Of a stretch of 64,000 nt of DNA, positions 16,921 to 26,681 are shown in pieces. This DNA comes from an uncultured Eubacteriales bacterium (GTDB lineage: Bacteria > Bacillota > Clostridia > Peptostreptococcales > Anaerovoracaceae). The translations under genes were made by a program, and so were the position numbers. The stretch's first letter is position 1; each line of letters opens with the position of its first letter. The DNA is taken from NCBI GenBank assembly GCA_902786355.1, contig CADABZ010000009.1, positions 19,498 to 83,497 of the forward strand, given 5' to 3'. The notes beneath the pieces were generated by a model. It saw only the letters and a program-made list of their open reading frames with translations, had not been told where the DNA came from and searched no databases.

Positions 16921-18333
16921 ATGCTTAAGAAACTGAACGAAGATGCAGGACATAAGGATATTCCGGGAATCCGCATCGCCGATGCTGATTTTCCGGCACC
17001 TTTCAGGTCCGGGCTCGAGTATTCTTCTCCGGCGCGAGGTACATGGAACATCGTACACACCGGAATGCTGATACCGGAAGCTCACGAGATATACGTGTGC
17101 GGAGCAGGCTGCCTCAGAGGGGTAGTGCTCACGGCAGCGGAAATGGGGACCATGGACCGGTTCTCCACGGTCGCGATAAGAGAGAACAATCTCCTCGACG
17201 GAGATATGGAGGATCTCATAATCGAAGGTGTGAGCGATATCCTCGGAAAGCTTCCGAAGAGACCTCCTGCGGTCCTGGTATATACCAGCTGCATCCATCA
17301 TTTTACAGGCACAGATCTGGATGTGGTGTATGACAGACTTGCGGAGCGTTTCCCTGATGTAGATTTTATAGACTGCTACATGAACCCTATCATGAGAAAA
17401 AGCGGCCTGACACCGGATCAGCTCATGAGATCAAGGCTGTACATGCTCCTTCATGAGCGCCCGCAGTCTGATAACGCCGTAGCTATAATAGGCAACGACC
17501 TTCCGACTCTTGAAGACAGCGACCTTATGAGACTCCTTCGCGCGTCGGGTCTCAGGATACATGAGATCACTTCATGCAGGACTTATGAGGAATACCAGGA
17601 GATGGCAGAGAGTGTGCTGTACATCTCGTATAACCCGGATGCTGCTCCCGGAGGAGATATGCTTTCGGAAAGACTCGGCGGCAGACATCATTTTATGAAG
17701 CTGAGCTTCGATATGGATGAGATCGATGAAGAATTCGACAGGCTTGCGGAAGTGATCGCAGAGAAATGCTTCTCAGAAAAGGAAGGAGCTGAAGAGAAGC
17801 TTATAGAAGCTCTTTCAGTCATAAGAAGCGAAGGCAGAAACGAAGTATCTGACGCTGTCAGCGAGACTCTCGGTCTCATAGGAGATACTCCTGTAGTGAT
17901 AGACTACACGTACTGCCCGAGACCGCTCGGACTGGCAAGGATGCTCCTGGATAACGGCTTCAATGTGACAAAGGTCTATGCAGACAGTCTGCCGGCGGCG
18001 GACAGACCTTCTTACGAATATCTCAGGGAAAACTATCCGGATCTCATGATCCATCCTACAGTCCATGCATCGATGCGGTTCGCATCAACTGAGAACTCCA
18101 TCTCAGATGCTGAAGAGGCTGCTTCGGGCTGCAGGGTGCTGGCTATAGGTCAGAAGGCGGCGTATTTCGAAAACACAGATCATTTTGTGAATGTGGTCGA
18201 AGGCGGCGGAATGATAGGCTATAACGCGATAACCGGAGTTCTCCGGCTGATGCGTGAAGCATATAATACGGAAAAACCTATGAAGGAACTGGTCCAGATC
18301 AAAGGACTGGGATGCGAAGTGTGCGTAAGATAA
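16921..18333 (+). CDS. Nitrogenase component-1-type oxidoreductase, NifD/NifE-like subunit
   Basis: This 470-aa protein has Cys motifs YVCGAGCLRG, YTSCIHHF and FIDCYMNP in the N-terminal third. It starts 4 nt after the nifH-like stop. Confidence 0.75.
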   Translation: MLKKLNEDAGHKDIPGIRIADADFPAPFRSGLEYSSPARGTWNIVHTGMLIPEAHEIYVCGAGCLRGVVLTAAEMGTMDRFSTVAIRENNLLDGDMEDLIIEGVSDILGKLPKRPPAVLVYTSCIHHFTGTDLDVVYDRLAERFPDVDFIDCYMNPIMRKSGLTPDQLMRSRLYMLLHERPQSDNAVAIIGNDLPTLEDSDLMRLLRASGLRIHEITSCRTYEEYQEMAESVLYISYNPDAAPGGDMLSERLGGRHHFMKLSFDMDEIDEEFDRLAEVIAEKCFSEKEGAEEKLIEALSVIRSEGRNEVSDAVSETLGLIGDTPVVIDYTYCPRPLGLARMLLDNGFNVTKVYADSLPAADRPSYEYLRENYPDLMIHPTVHASMRFASTENSISDAEEAASGCRVLAIGQKAAYFENTDHFVNVVEGGGMIGYNAITGVLRLMREAYNTEKPMKELVQIKGLGCEVCVR

Positions 18334-18345
18334 TAACCAGGTACT

Positions 18346-19599
18346 ATGAAACAGACAGCAAGTGTAATTTCAACTTATTCAGCGGATGTCATGGGCGTGT
18401 GCTCCGCTCTGTATGAGCTCGGAGGCATGACTGTCATGCATGATGCTTCGGGATGCAATTCGACATATACTACTCATGATGAGCCTCGCTGGTTCGACAT
18501 GGACAGCATGGTATATATTTCCGGCCTCAGTGAGATGGAGGCAATAATGGGTGATGATGATAAGCTGATCGAAGATATATGCGAGGCAGCTTCCGATCTT
18601 CACCCGAAGTTCATAGCTCTGGCTGGCTCGCCGGTCTCGGCTATGACAGGCTTTGACTACGAGGCAGTTGCCGGGGTCATAGAAAGCAGGACAGGGATAC
18701 CGGCTCTCGGCTTTCCGACTACCGGGATGAACACATATATCCATGGAGCTTCAATGGCTCTTGAAGGTATAGTAAGCAGATTCATCGATGATCCGAGTGA
18801 TGAATGGATAGAAGAGAAACTCCACACCGTCAGGACCTCAGATGAAGAGGTTCCGTACCGCGTCAATCTGCTCGGCCTCACGCCTCTGGATTTCTCTGTC
18901 AACAGCACGGTCGATTCTCTGACAAAATGGCTTGAGGACAGGGGCTTTGAAGTAGGCGCCAGACTTGCTATGGGAAGCAGCCTTGAGGAGATCGGAAGAG
19001 CTTCGGAATCCGAGGTCAACCTGATCGTTTCAGCAGCAGGACTCGGTGCTGCAAGGATGATGTACAGAAAATTCGCTATACCGGGAGTCATAGGTCTGCC
19101 TGTAGGAGCAAAACAGAGCGATCTCCTTGAAGATGCTCTGCGGCGTACAGCGTCAGAATACCGCACCTTCCGGACATCGGGAGAGGTTTTCGAAAGATCC
19201 GGACTTACAAGGATCAAAATCCATCCGAATGACCTTGACCCTGCCAGGGATGAAGAGCTCGTTGCTGTGATAGGAGAAGGCATAACCAGCCTCTCTGTTG
19301 CCAATGCTATAAGATTTGAGACCGGACGCAGGACCAGAGTGCTCTGCGCTACAGAGTGTCCGGATAATATACTCAGGCCATGGGACTGCATGACGCCTGA
19401 TGAAGATGACATCGTACCTAAACTCTCAGATGCGACAGTGGTTATTGCAGATCCTCTCTACAAGCCGATATGCCCGCCTCATGCGAAGTTCATAGAGCTT
19501 CCGCATGAAGCATTTTCCGGAAGGATCTACAGAAAAGATATCCCGGATCTCATAAGAGATTTTGACAGCTGGACTGAAGCTAACGGGATAAGATTATGA
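18346..19599 (+). CDS. Nitrogenase component-1-type oxidoreductase, NifK/NifN-like subunit
   Basis: This 417-aa protein has N-terminal motifs GVCSALYE and DASGCNSTY, typical of the beta-type subunits of the NifDK/NifEN/BchNB superfamily. Confidence 0.75.
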   Translation: MKQTASVISTYSADVMGVCSALYELGGMTVMHDASGCNSTYTTHDEPRWFDMDSMVYISGLSEMEAIMGDDDKLIEDICEAASDLHPKFIALAGSPVSAMTGFDYEAVAGVIESRTGIPALGFPTTGMNTYIHGASMALEGIVSRFIDDPSDEWIEEKLHTVRTSDEEVPYRVNLLGLTPLDFSVNSTVDSLTKWLEDRGFEVGARLAMGSSLEEIGRASESEVNLIVSAAGLGAARMMYRKFAIPGVIGLPVGAKQSDLLEDALRRTASEYRTFRTSGEVFERSGLTRIKIHPNDLDPARDEELVAVIGEGITSLSVANAIRFETGRRTRVLCATECPDNILRPWDCMTPDEDDIVPKLSDATVVIADPLYKPICPPHAKFIELPHEAFSGRIYRKDIPDLIRDFDSWTEANGIRL

Positions 19600-19603
19600 T
19601 GAA

Positions 19604-19637
19604 AAAGCTCCCGGGTCTCATACGACGGGAGCTTTCA
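19604..19637 (+). terminator. Terminator hairpin after nitrogenase-like operon
   Basis: AAAGCTCCCG pairs with CGGGAGCTTT in a 10-bp stem. Only a short T tract (TTTCAAT) follows. Confidence 0.55.
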
Positions 19638-19664
19638 ATACTTAGGGTAGAGGAGTCTTGATCA

Positions 19665-20564
19665 GTGGATCAGATCAAAAGAAGTGAACAGAACAAAGGA
19701 TATCTGATGATCCTTACAACGGGGGCGCTCTGGGGGACGATAGGGCTTTTTGCAACGTTCCTGTCAGAGCTTGGAATGAACGCGGGGGCCGTGGCTTTTT
19801 TCAGAGTGCTGTCGGCGAGCATCATGCTGGCCCTGATCCTGCTTATTAAAGGAAGGGGCTTCAGCCAGTTCCGCGTCAGCCGCAAGGGCCTGATATCCTG
19901 CATTCTTGTAGGTTTCGTATCTCAGGCATTCTACAATGTCTGCTATATGAACACTATCGAGCAGAGCGGCATGGCAACTGCGGCGGTGTTCCTGTACACT
20001 TCCCCTGTTTATGTTGCGCTTATATCCTGGCTGGCTTTTCATGAGCCGCTGACACGCAATAAGATTCTTGCGATACTTATCAATATAGCGGGATGTATCC
20101 TGACAGTTACAGGAGGGGATTTCTCCGATATGAAGATCTCCGGCTTCGGTCTGATAATGGGTATACTCGCAGGATTCACATATTCTCTGCTTCCGATCCT
20201 GTCAAGGCTCGGAGCCGACCGTGAGGATCCGTATGCTGCAGCTTTCTACGGCCAGGCATTCGGAGCACTTCTGCTGTTCTTCCTTATAAGACCATATAAC
20301 GGCATCGGGACACCATTCACTGGCGTCGTTCTGCTGCTGCTGATCGGATTCGGCATAATTCCTTCTGCGATGGCTTACATAGTCTACTATAACGGCCTGA
20401 GCAAAATAACCGAGACCTCGAGGGTCCCGGTTCTCGCTTCCGTTGAGACAGTCGTTGCAGCTCTTATAGGGCTTGTTGTATTCGGCCAGAGCCTGGGTAT
20501 CGTCAAGATAGCCGGCATCGCCCTTGTCATGATATCGATCGCTCTGATGAATAAAGACAGCTGA
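19665..20564 (+). CDS. EamA/DMT-family transporter
   Basis: It has 10 TM helices in two EamA repeats. The track start is GTG 19665, with an alternative ATG at 19707. Confidence 0.8.
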   Translation: MDQIKRSEQNKGYLMILTTGALWGTIGLFATFLSELGMNAGAVAFFRVLSASIMLALILLIKGRGFSQFRVSRKGLISCILVGFVSQAFYNVCYMNTIEQSGMATAAVFLYTSPVYVALISWLAFHEPLTRNKILAILINIAGCILTVTGGDFSDMKISGFGLIMGILAGFTYSLLPILSRLGADREDPYAAAFYGQAFGALLLFFLIRPYNGIGTPFTGVVLLLLIGFGIIPSAMAYIVYYNGLSKITETSRVPVLASVETVVAALIGLVVFGQSLGIVKIAGIALVMISIALMNKDS

Positions 20565-20575
20565 TCAAAACCTTA

Positions 20576-21907
20576 TCAGAAATTGCTTCCGTTCGTCCTG
20601 ATCACTTCCGAATACCACAGGGCAGAGTCTTTGAGTATCCTCTCCTGCGTGCTGTAGTCGACGTATATCAGGCCGAATCTCTTCTCGTAGCCGAAGGCCC
20701 ATTCGAAATTATCCAGGATAGACCATACCATGTAGCCTGTGACAGGGACACCCTCGTCCACAGCCCGTCTGAGACCGCGAAGGTACCACTTCAGGAACTG
20801 TATCCTCTGAGGGTCATGCACGTGACCGTCATCCATCACAAAATCAACTATCGCAACGCCGTTCTCTGTGATCATGACAGGGAGCCTGTACCTGTCGTAT
20901 ATGAATTTTACACCCCAGTAGAGTGCATCAGGAGTCACCGGCCATCCCATTGCAGTCCTCGGGATGCCTGAACATGGTGTGAGAGGCTTGCCGTCCGGAC
21001 CGTCATTGTAGTTGTTGGCCAGATAGCAGTTCCAGCCAATGAAGTCCAAAGGCTGATGTATGATATCCATCTCGCCCTCGCGGAGGACCGCTTCAAGGCG
21101 CGGATGAGCCGTTCCGTTCATGATCGGATCGAGCCACCAGTTGAGGAGGTAATGGTTGACATCTCCGGCAAAAGTCCTGCTCACAGCTGAGCGTATATCT
21201 TCTTCGCTTTCTGAATCAGGCATATAGAGAGTGCTGTCTGTAGCTATTCCTATTGATGGCGGAAGTACAGCTCTGCTGCGGATGACAGAAGCTGCTCTGC
21301 CGTGGCACAGAAGCAGGTTTCTCGATAAGCGGATGATCTTGTCCGCCTCTTCCTCTGAGCCGTATTCGGAGCTTTCATATGGCGGATGTGTTCCGTGCAG
21401 ATAACCTTCACCCAGGAAGGATGTTCCCTCGTTGAAGGTCATCCAGTCTGCGACCTTGTCTGAAAGAGCATCAACTACTGCTTCTGCATATACGGCGAAG
21501 TGGTGACTGATCTCATCAGAGTACCAGCCGCCTTTTTCGTGCATCCATAAAGGCAGATCCCAGTGATACAGAGTGCAGAGAGGTCTGATCCCCGCAGCAG
21601 TAAGCTCGCTTACGAGTTCTCTGTAGAAATCCAGTCCCTTCTCATTGATAACGCCTTCTTCAGGCATAACTCGCGGCCAGCTTACAGAGAATCTGTAAGC
21701 CTTGAGTCCGATCTGCTTCATCAGCGCCACATCTTCTCTGAAATGATGATAGTGATCGCAGGAAACATTTCCGTTGTCGCCATGCAGCACATGACCGTCT
21801 GAAAGAGCATCCCAGATGCTGAGTCCCTTGCCGTCCTCATTGTATCCGCCTTCTATCTGATATGCGGCGCTTGCTGCACCCCAGAGAAAATCCTTCGGAA
21901 ATCCCAT
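20576..21907 (-). CDS. GH1 beta-glucosidase / 6-phospho-beta-glucosidase
   Basis: It has the N-terminal FLWGAASAAYQIEG, the acid/base motif TFNEG and the nucleophile motif ITENG. Confidence 0.9.
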   Translation of the reverse strand: MGFPKDFLWGAASAAYQIEGGYNEDGKGLSIWDALSDGHVLHGDNGNVSCDHYHHFREDVALMKQIGLKAYRFSVSWPRVMPEEGVINEKGLDFYRELVSELTAAGIRPLCTLYHWDLPLWMHEKGGWYSDEISHHFAVYAEAVVDALSDKVADWMTFNEGTSFLGEGYLHGTHPPYESSEYGSEEEADKIIRLSRNLLLCHGRAASVIRSRAVLPPSIGIATDSTLYMPDSESEEDIRSAVSRTFAGDVNHYLLNWWLDPIMNGTAHPRLEAVLREGEMDIIHQPLDFIGWNCYLANNYNDGPDGKPLTPCSGIPRTAMGWPVTPDALYWGVKFIYDRYRLPVMITENGVAIVDFVMDDGHVHDPQRIQFLKWYLRGLRRAVDEGVPVTGYMVWSILDNFEWAFGYEKRFGLIYVDYSTQERILKDSALWYSEVIRTNGSNF

Positions 21908-22134
21908 ATGTTCCCCCTTTTTAACATGATTTATTGTTCTGCAGTTATTATTCTGCGCATTGATGCCTGCGTTTCTATGTCAGGCTTCACGAGTCATTTT
22001 AACAAATATGCGGCGGACTTTTGAAGCCCGGAAATGAATGACGTTTTTGAAAGATATTGATGAGACATATGGAACATATATGTGGTATGCTATTAGCGCT
22101 TGAGAAAAAAAGACAATTCAGGAAGGGGACACAC

Positions 22135-23733
22135 ATGCTTTGTGACAGATACAGAGATTTTACACGCCTGGTGGTATACCAGATCTACCCGAGAAGCTTT
22201 ATGGACAGCAATGGTGACGGGATAGGAGATCTTCAGGGTATCATCAGCAAGCTTGACTATATAAAGGGCCTCGGGGCTAATGCCGTATGGCTGTGCCCGT
22301 GCTTCAAGAGCCCTAACGATGATAACGGCTATGATATCTCGGACTACAGGGATATCATGGATGAGTTCGGCACGATGGCTGACATGGACCAGCTGATAGA
22401 AGAGCTGCATTCCCGCGGGATGAAGCTCATCCTCGATCTGGTGCCTAACCATTCATCTACGTCCCACAGATGGTTCCGGGAGTCGCGCAAGGGCAGGGAT
22501 AACCCTTACAGCAATTATTATGTGTGGGCAGACAAGCCGCTCAACGACTGGAAAGCTGCTTTCGGCGGCAGTGCCTGGGAATATGATGAGATGCGCGGGC
22601 AGTATTATCTGCATTCATTTGCGGTCAGCCAGGCGGACCTTAACTGGGACGAGCCTGCTGTCCGGCAGGAGATGATCGACATCATAGACTTCTGGGTCAA
22701 CAAAGGCGCTGACGGCTTCAGGATCGATGTAGTGGACTCTATTTCCAAGGATTACTCCAATCCGAACCGCGGCAAATTCGGACCGCATCTGCATGAGTAC
22801 ATCAGGACGCTCTTCGGCAGAGAAGAAGTATCACATATATTCACTGTCGGAGAAAGCAACGTCAAGGATATCGAGGAGCTTGTGAGGCACTGCGGAGCCG
22901 ACAGAGGAGAACTCACATCTCTGTTCGTGTTCGATCATATGGATGTTGGCAGATCGGATAAGTTCACGCCGAAGGAGGACAGCCTGAAATCACTCAGGGA
23001 TATACTCGTGTACTGGCAGCAGGAGACTGACAGAAACGAGATTCTCTATACACTTTTCACTGATAATCATGATCAGCCGGCCATGATCTCAAGGATAGGC
23101 AATGATTCAGAGCTCAGATACGAATCAGCAACAGATATAGCTACGATGATGTATCTTCTCAAAGGCGTACCGTTCATATATCAGGGTCAGGAGATAGGCC
23201 AGACCTCTGCGCATTTTGATGACATAAACGATTTTGACGATGTGGAGAGCCTCGGACATTATAAGGAGATGCTTGAGCGCATGAGCCCTGAGGAAGCTCT
23301 TGAGAAGGTCAACTTCGGAAGCCGCGACAACGCGCGCCATCCTATGCCTTGGGACGGAAGTGAGAAATGCGGTTTTACTGAAGGAGAGCCTTGGCTCGCG
23401 ATGCATTCGCGCAGTGCTGAGATCAATGTAGAGAAAGATCTTTCATCTGACAAGTCAGTGTACAGATTCTATCAGAAGCTTCTCGCGCTCCGTACCGGAA
23501 ATGATGTCTTCCTTGACGGAGATCTCGATGTGCTTTCCGCAGCAGAAGACGACCACTTCATATACACCAGAACGCTCGGAGATGAGAAGTGGGTCGTTGT
23601 ATGTAATTTTGAGAAAGAGCAGGACATCAGAGTTCCGCTGGAATGCGGCAAGGCAATGCTTTCCAACCTCGGAAGAGAGGATGCAGACGGAACATATCTG
23701 CCTTATGAGTGCGCTGTATTCAGGGCAGTCTGA
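22135..23733 (+). CDS. GH13 alpha-glucosidase / oligo-1,6-glucosidase
   Basis: GH13 regions are present: VYQIYPRSF, DLVPNHSS, GFRIDVVD, TVGES and FTDNHDQP. The ATG at 22135 has an upstream GGAAGGGG, and the track start at 22057 is less likely. Confidence 0.9.
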   Translation: MLCDRYRDFTRLVVYQIYPRSFMDSNGDGIGDLQGIISKLDYIKGLGANAVWLCPCFKSPNDDNGYDISDYRDIMDEFGTMADMDQLIEELHSRGMKLILDLVPNHSSTSHRWFRESRKGRDNPYSNYYVWADKPLNDWKAAFGGSAWEYDEMRGQYYLHSFAVSQADLNWDEPAVRQEMIDIIDFWVNKGADGFRIDVVDSISKDYSNPNRGKFGPHLHEYIRTLFGREEVSHIFTVGESNVKDIEELVRHCGADRGELTSLFVFDHMDVGRSDKFTPKEDSLKSLRDILVYWQQETDRNEILYTLFTDNHDQPAMISRIGNDSELRYESATDIATMMYLLKGVPFIYQGQEIGQTSAHFDDINDFDDVESLGHYKEMLERMSPEEALEKVNFGSRDNARHPMPWDGSEKCGFTEGEPWLAMHSRSAEINVEKDLSSDKSVYRFYQKLLALRTGNDVFLDGDLDVLSAAEDDHFIYTRTLGDEKWVVVCNFEKEQDIRVPLECGKAMLSNLGREDADGTYLPYECAVFRAV

Positions 23734-23781
23734 TCATACGATCGTACTATTCGTTATCGGGGGAAAAGAAGGAGACTGGCG

Positions 23782-24558
23782 ATGAGAGAATTCTATATTC
23801 AGGATGATGGTATAAAACTGCATTCCAAGCTTGACATGCCTGAGGGCATCACGGAGGATGGCGGCGGGAAATGCCCGCTCGTTATCGTGATCCATGGCCT
23901 GACAGGACACATGGAAGAGACTCATATCGTAGCTGTATCAGAGCTTCTGAATTCTATGGGCTTTGCGACACTCCGGGTCGAGATGTACGGACACGGCAGG
24001 AGCGGAGGTGATTTCCACGAGCACAATCTGATGAAGTGGCTCAATAATGCTATGACTGTTACTGATTATGCCCGGAAGCTGCCGTTCGTCACAGACCTGT
24101 ACGCATGCGGCCATTCGCAGGGCGGTGCTGCGGTGATATTCCTCGCGGGCATGATGCCGGAATACTTCAGGGCGGTGATGCCGCTATCTCCGGCCACAAT
24201 GATCCCGGAGGGCTCCAGAAAAGGCTATGGCTTCGGATACAGCTTTGATACAGAACATATACCAGAGGAAGTCCCGGTAAATGCAGTGCAGAAGGTCAGC
24301 GGGAACTACATAAGGGCTGCCCAGATGCTCGATATCGACTGGGCGATCAGGCGCTATAATGGCCCGGTGCTGATCGTACACGGAGATGAGGATGAAGCTA
24401 TTCCGGTCAGTTTTTCCGAGAAGACGGCAGAGAAATACACCAATGCCGAACTCGTTGTGGTAAGTGGCGACGATCATTGTTATAATTACCATCTGGACAG
24501 AGTGATTGACGCAGTCAGGGATTTTATGGCTGAACAGACTGTGGAAGCACAGCAATAA
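23782..24558 (+). CDS. Alpha/beta hydrolase (esterase-like)
   Basis: It has the nucleophile elbow GHSQGG, the HG pair in VIHGLTGH, and a C-terminal IVHGDEDE...DH. Confidence 0.7.
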   Translation: MREFYIQDDGIKLHSKLDMPEGITEDGGGKCPLVIVIHGLTGHMEETHIVAVSELLNSMGFATLRVEMYGHGRSGGDFHEHNLMKWLNNAMTVTDYARKLPFVTDLYACGHSQGGAAVIFLAGMMPEYFRAVMPLSPATMIPEGSRKGYGFGYSFDTEHIPEEVPVNAVQKVSGNYIRAAQMLDIDWAIRRYNGPVLIVHGDEDEAIPVSFSEKTAEKYTNAELVVVSGDDHCYNYHLDRVIDAVRDFMAEQTVEAQQ

Positions 24559-24698
24559 AATGACAATTTAGTGACAAAAATTATGTATTAAAATTTAACC
24601 AAAACTGTGGCGGTGCATAAGATGGCGAAAACATTGAAATCGTGCGCATTCGCTTTCTCGTATACATGTTTTCTTTGCCACTGCGAAACCTATTTTCG

Positions 24699-24728
24699 TT
24701 GACACATAGCTGATAAAACTGATAGAAT
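24699..24728 (+). promoter_or_regulatory. Candidate sigma-A promoter TTGACA -18 nt- TAGAAT
   Basis: TTGACA is at 24699-24704 and TAGAAT at 24723-24728. The -10 overlaps the track ATG at 24727. Confidence 0.5.
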
Positions 24729-24774
24729 GCATCCGTTACTAAAAGCAGAACTTAAGACAGGACAGACGCATGAA

Positions 24775-26661
24775 ATGAACGAAATGAAGTTCAGAATCCT
24801 AGACAATGGTACCGCTGAGATCGAAGTTCGCGGAATAGGATTAAACAGTATCTCACCATACATCAATGAAGCGCCGGCCCTGCCTTTTTCTATATCAGTT
24901 GAAAACAATACTGTTTCGTATGCTGCGGACGGATGGAAGATAATCTGCTCATACAGAGAGGAAGACGGGGAAGTCATACTGTCGACAGTCATCGAAGGAC
25001 TGGATGGCATCCATGATATAGAGCCCGTCGGAGCAGCCTCTCTTACAGGAGCTGACAGCGCATATATACAGGGGTTCGGGATGGAAGGGCCGTCCGGATT
25101 CTTCAGGATCAGCGAAACGCTCAGGAAGTCTTATGGGATCATAGGTCTTGAGGGCTGCGGATCTGCAATGGCGGTGTTCACAGTCGATCACAGAAGATAT
25201 TCTGCAGGCTTCACTGTGAAGGATTCAGCAGGCATGTATTCCGGATCGAGACACTTCAGTGCAGGATTTGATCTTGAGTGTACTGCCTCGGGGCGCACAG
25301 AACTTCCGGAGATCCACTTCATAGCAGGTGATGATGCTGTCTCCTGCATGAAGGCAGCGGCAGAGAAGATAGCAGCAGAAATGGGAGCGAGGACATCGCA
25401 GCCTCCGGCATTCCACTGGTGCAGCTGGTACTACCACTACGAGAACATGAGTCAGCAGATCCTCGACGGATTTCTCGCTGATCTGAAGGAAGACCGCACG
25501 GACTTCCGTTATATACAGCTGGATGCTGGATACACAGAGCACATCGGCGACTGGCTGGATTTCAATCACAGATATCCGGAAGGACTCAGCAGGGCAGCTG
25601 CTTCGATCCTTGACGCAGGATATGCTGCCGGTATATGGATCGCTCCGTTCATGGTCGGAGATCAGTCGAAGCTTTTCTGTGAGCATCCGGACTGGATCAT
25701 CAGGAACCGCGACGGAAGTCCGTATGTAAGATTCCGCAGCTACACAGAACCTAAGATCTGGGGAAACACAGACAACGACTACTATGTTCTGGATATGACT
25801 AATCCGGGAGCATATGAATATCTTAAGGGAGTATTCGAGACCTACAGGCAATGGGGATTCACCCTGTTCAAGACGGACTTCATGCTGTGGGGCATGCAGG
25901 ACTCAGCTGCAGTCGTAAGATACGACAACTCGAAGACTTCAGTCATGATCATGCGGGAGACTCTCGATATGATCAGGACAGCTATAGGAGAGGACAGCTA
26001 TCTCCTCGGCAGTATAGCGCCGTTCATGCCTTCCATAGGATATGCCGACGGCATGAGGATCGCGTCAGATATGGGCGCACAGTGGACCGAGGGAGCTTTC
26101 GGACCTGCGAATCTGCTGCAGGAGCTCCCGTTCGACAATTACTTCAACAATGTATTCTGGCAGAATGATCCGGACTCAGTGATCCTGAGACAGTTCGCCT
26201 CACATCTGACAGAAACAGAAATAAGAAGCGTAGCGCTTCTTCAGGCTCTCTCAGGAGGGATAATCACTACGTCAGATCCGGTAGCACTACTGGCGCCGGA
26301 CAGACAGAAGCTTCTCAGTTTTATCAGACCTGCGAAGCGTGTGAATGCGGAGTTTCCTTTCCTGACTGAAGGACGTGATGAGATAGTCATCACACATGAT
26401 TTACCTGATTGGAACCTGTTTTACATACTGAATCCGACTCAGCAGCCGCTAAGGGTCAGTTACAGGCTGGATGAGCTGTTCGGCAGTAAGACAGGCTATC
26501 AATACCGATTCAATTGGAATGATGACAGCATCGTATCGGAGAAAGGCAGCTGCTTCTCCGGCACGCTGGCACCACATGAGTCGGCACTTCTGTTCATCAC
26601 AGAAGATCCGATTACTGTAAAGCCATCGAACCTCTGGGGTCGGAACGGAAGTTATTGTTAA
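24775..26661 (+). CDS. GH36-like (clan GH-D) alpha-galactosidase-family glycosidase
   Basis: It has FHWCSWYYHY, YIQLDAGY, AAGIWIAPF, KTDFM (nucleophile region) and RIASDMG. The start is placed at the first in-frame ATG after the predicted promoter; the track start is 24727. Confidence 0.6.
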   Translation: MNEMKFRILDNGTAEIEVRGIGLNSISPYINEAPALPFSISVENNTVSYAADGWKIICSYREEDGEVILSTVIEGLDGIHDIEPVGAASLTGADSAYIQGFGMEGPSGFFRISETLRKSYGIIGLEGCGSAMAVFTVDHRRYSAGFTVKDSAGMYSGSRHFSAGFDLECTASGRTELPEIHFIAGDDAVSCMKAAAEKIAAEMGARTSQPPAFHWCSWYYHYENMSQQILDGFLADLKEDRTDFRYIQLDAGYTEHIGDWLDFNHRYPEGLSRAAASILDAGYAAGIWIAPFMVGDQSKLFCEHPDWIIRNRDGSPYVRFRSYTEPKIWGNTDNDYYVLDMTNPGAYEYLKGVFETYRQWGFTLFKTDFMLWGMQDSAAVVRYDNSKTSVMIMRETLDMIRTAIGEDSYLLGSIAPFMPSIGYADGMRIASDMGAQWTEGAFGPANLLQELPFDNYFNNVFWQNDPDSVILRQFASHLTETEIRSVALLQALSGGIITTSDPVALLAPDRQKLLSFIRPAKRVNAEFPFLTEGRDEIVITHDLPDWNLFYILNPTQQPLRVSYRLDELFGSKTGYQYRFNWNDDSIVSEKGSCFSGTLAPHESALLFITEDPITVKPSNLWGRNGSYC

Positions 26662-26681
26662 TGGTTTTTTAGGAGGAAAAA

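Noticed and set aside
24634-24648. A cre-like sequence, TTGAAATCGTGCGCA, upstream of the sugar operon.
   Set aside because: Only the left half (TGAAA-CG) fits the CcpA cre consensus and the right half does not. It is too weak to call without a matrix score.
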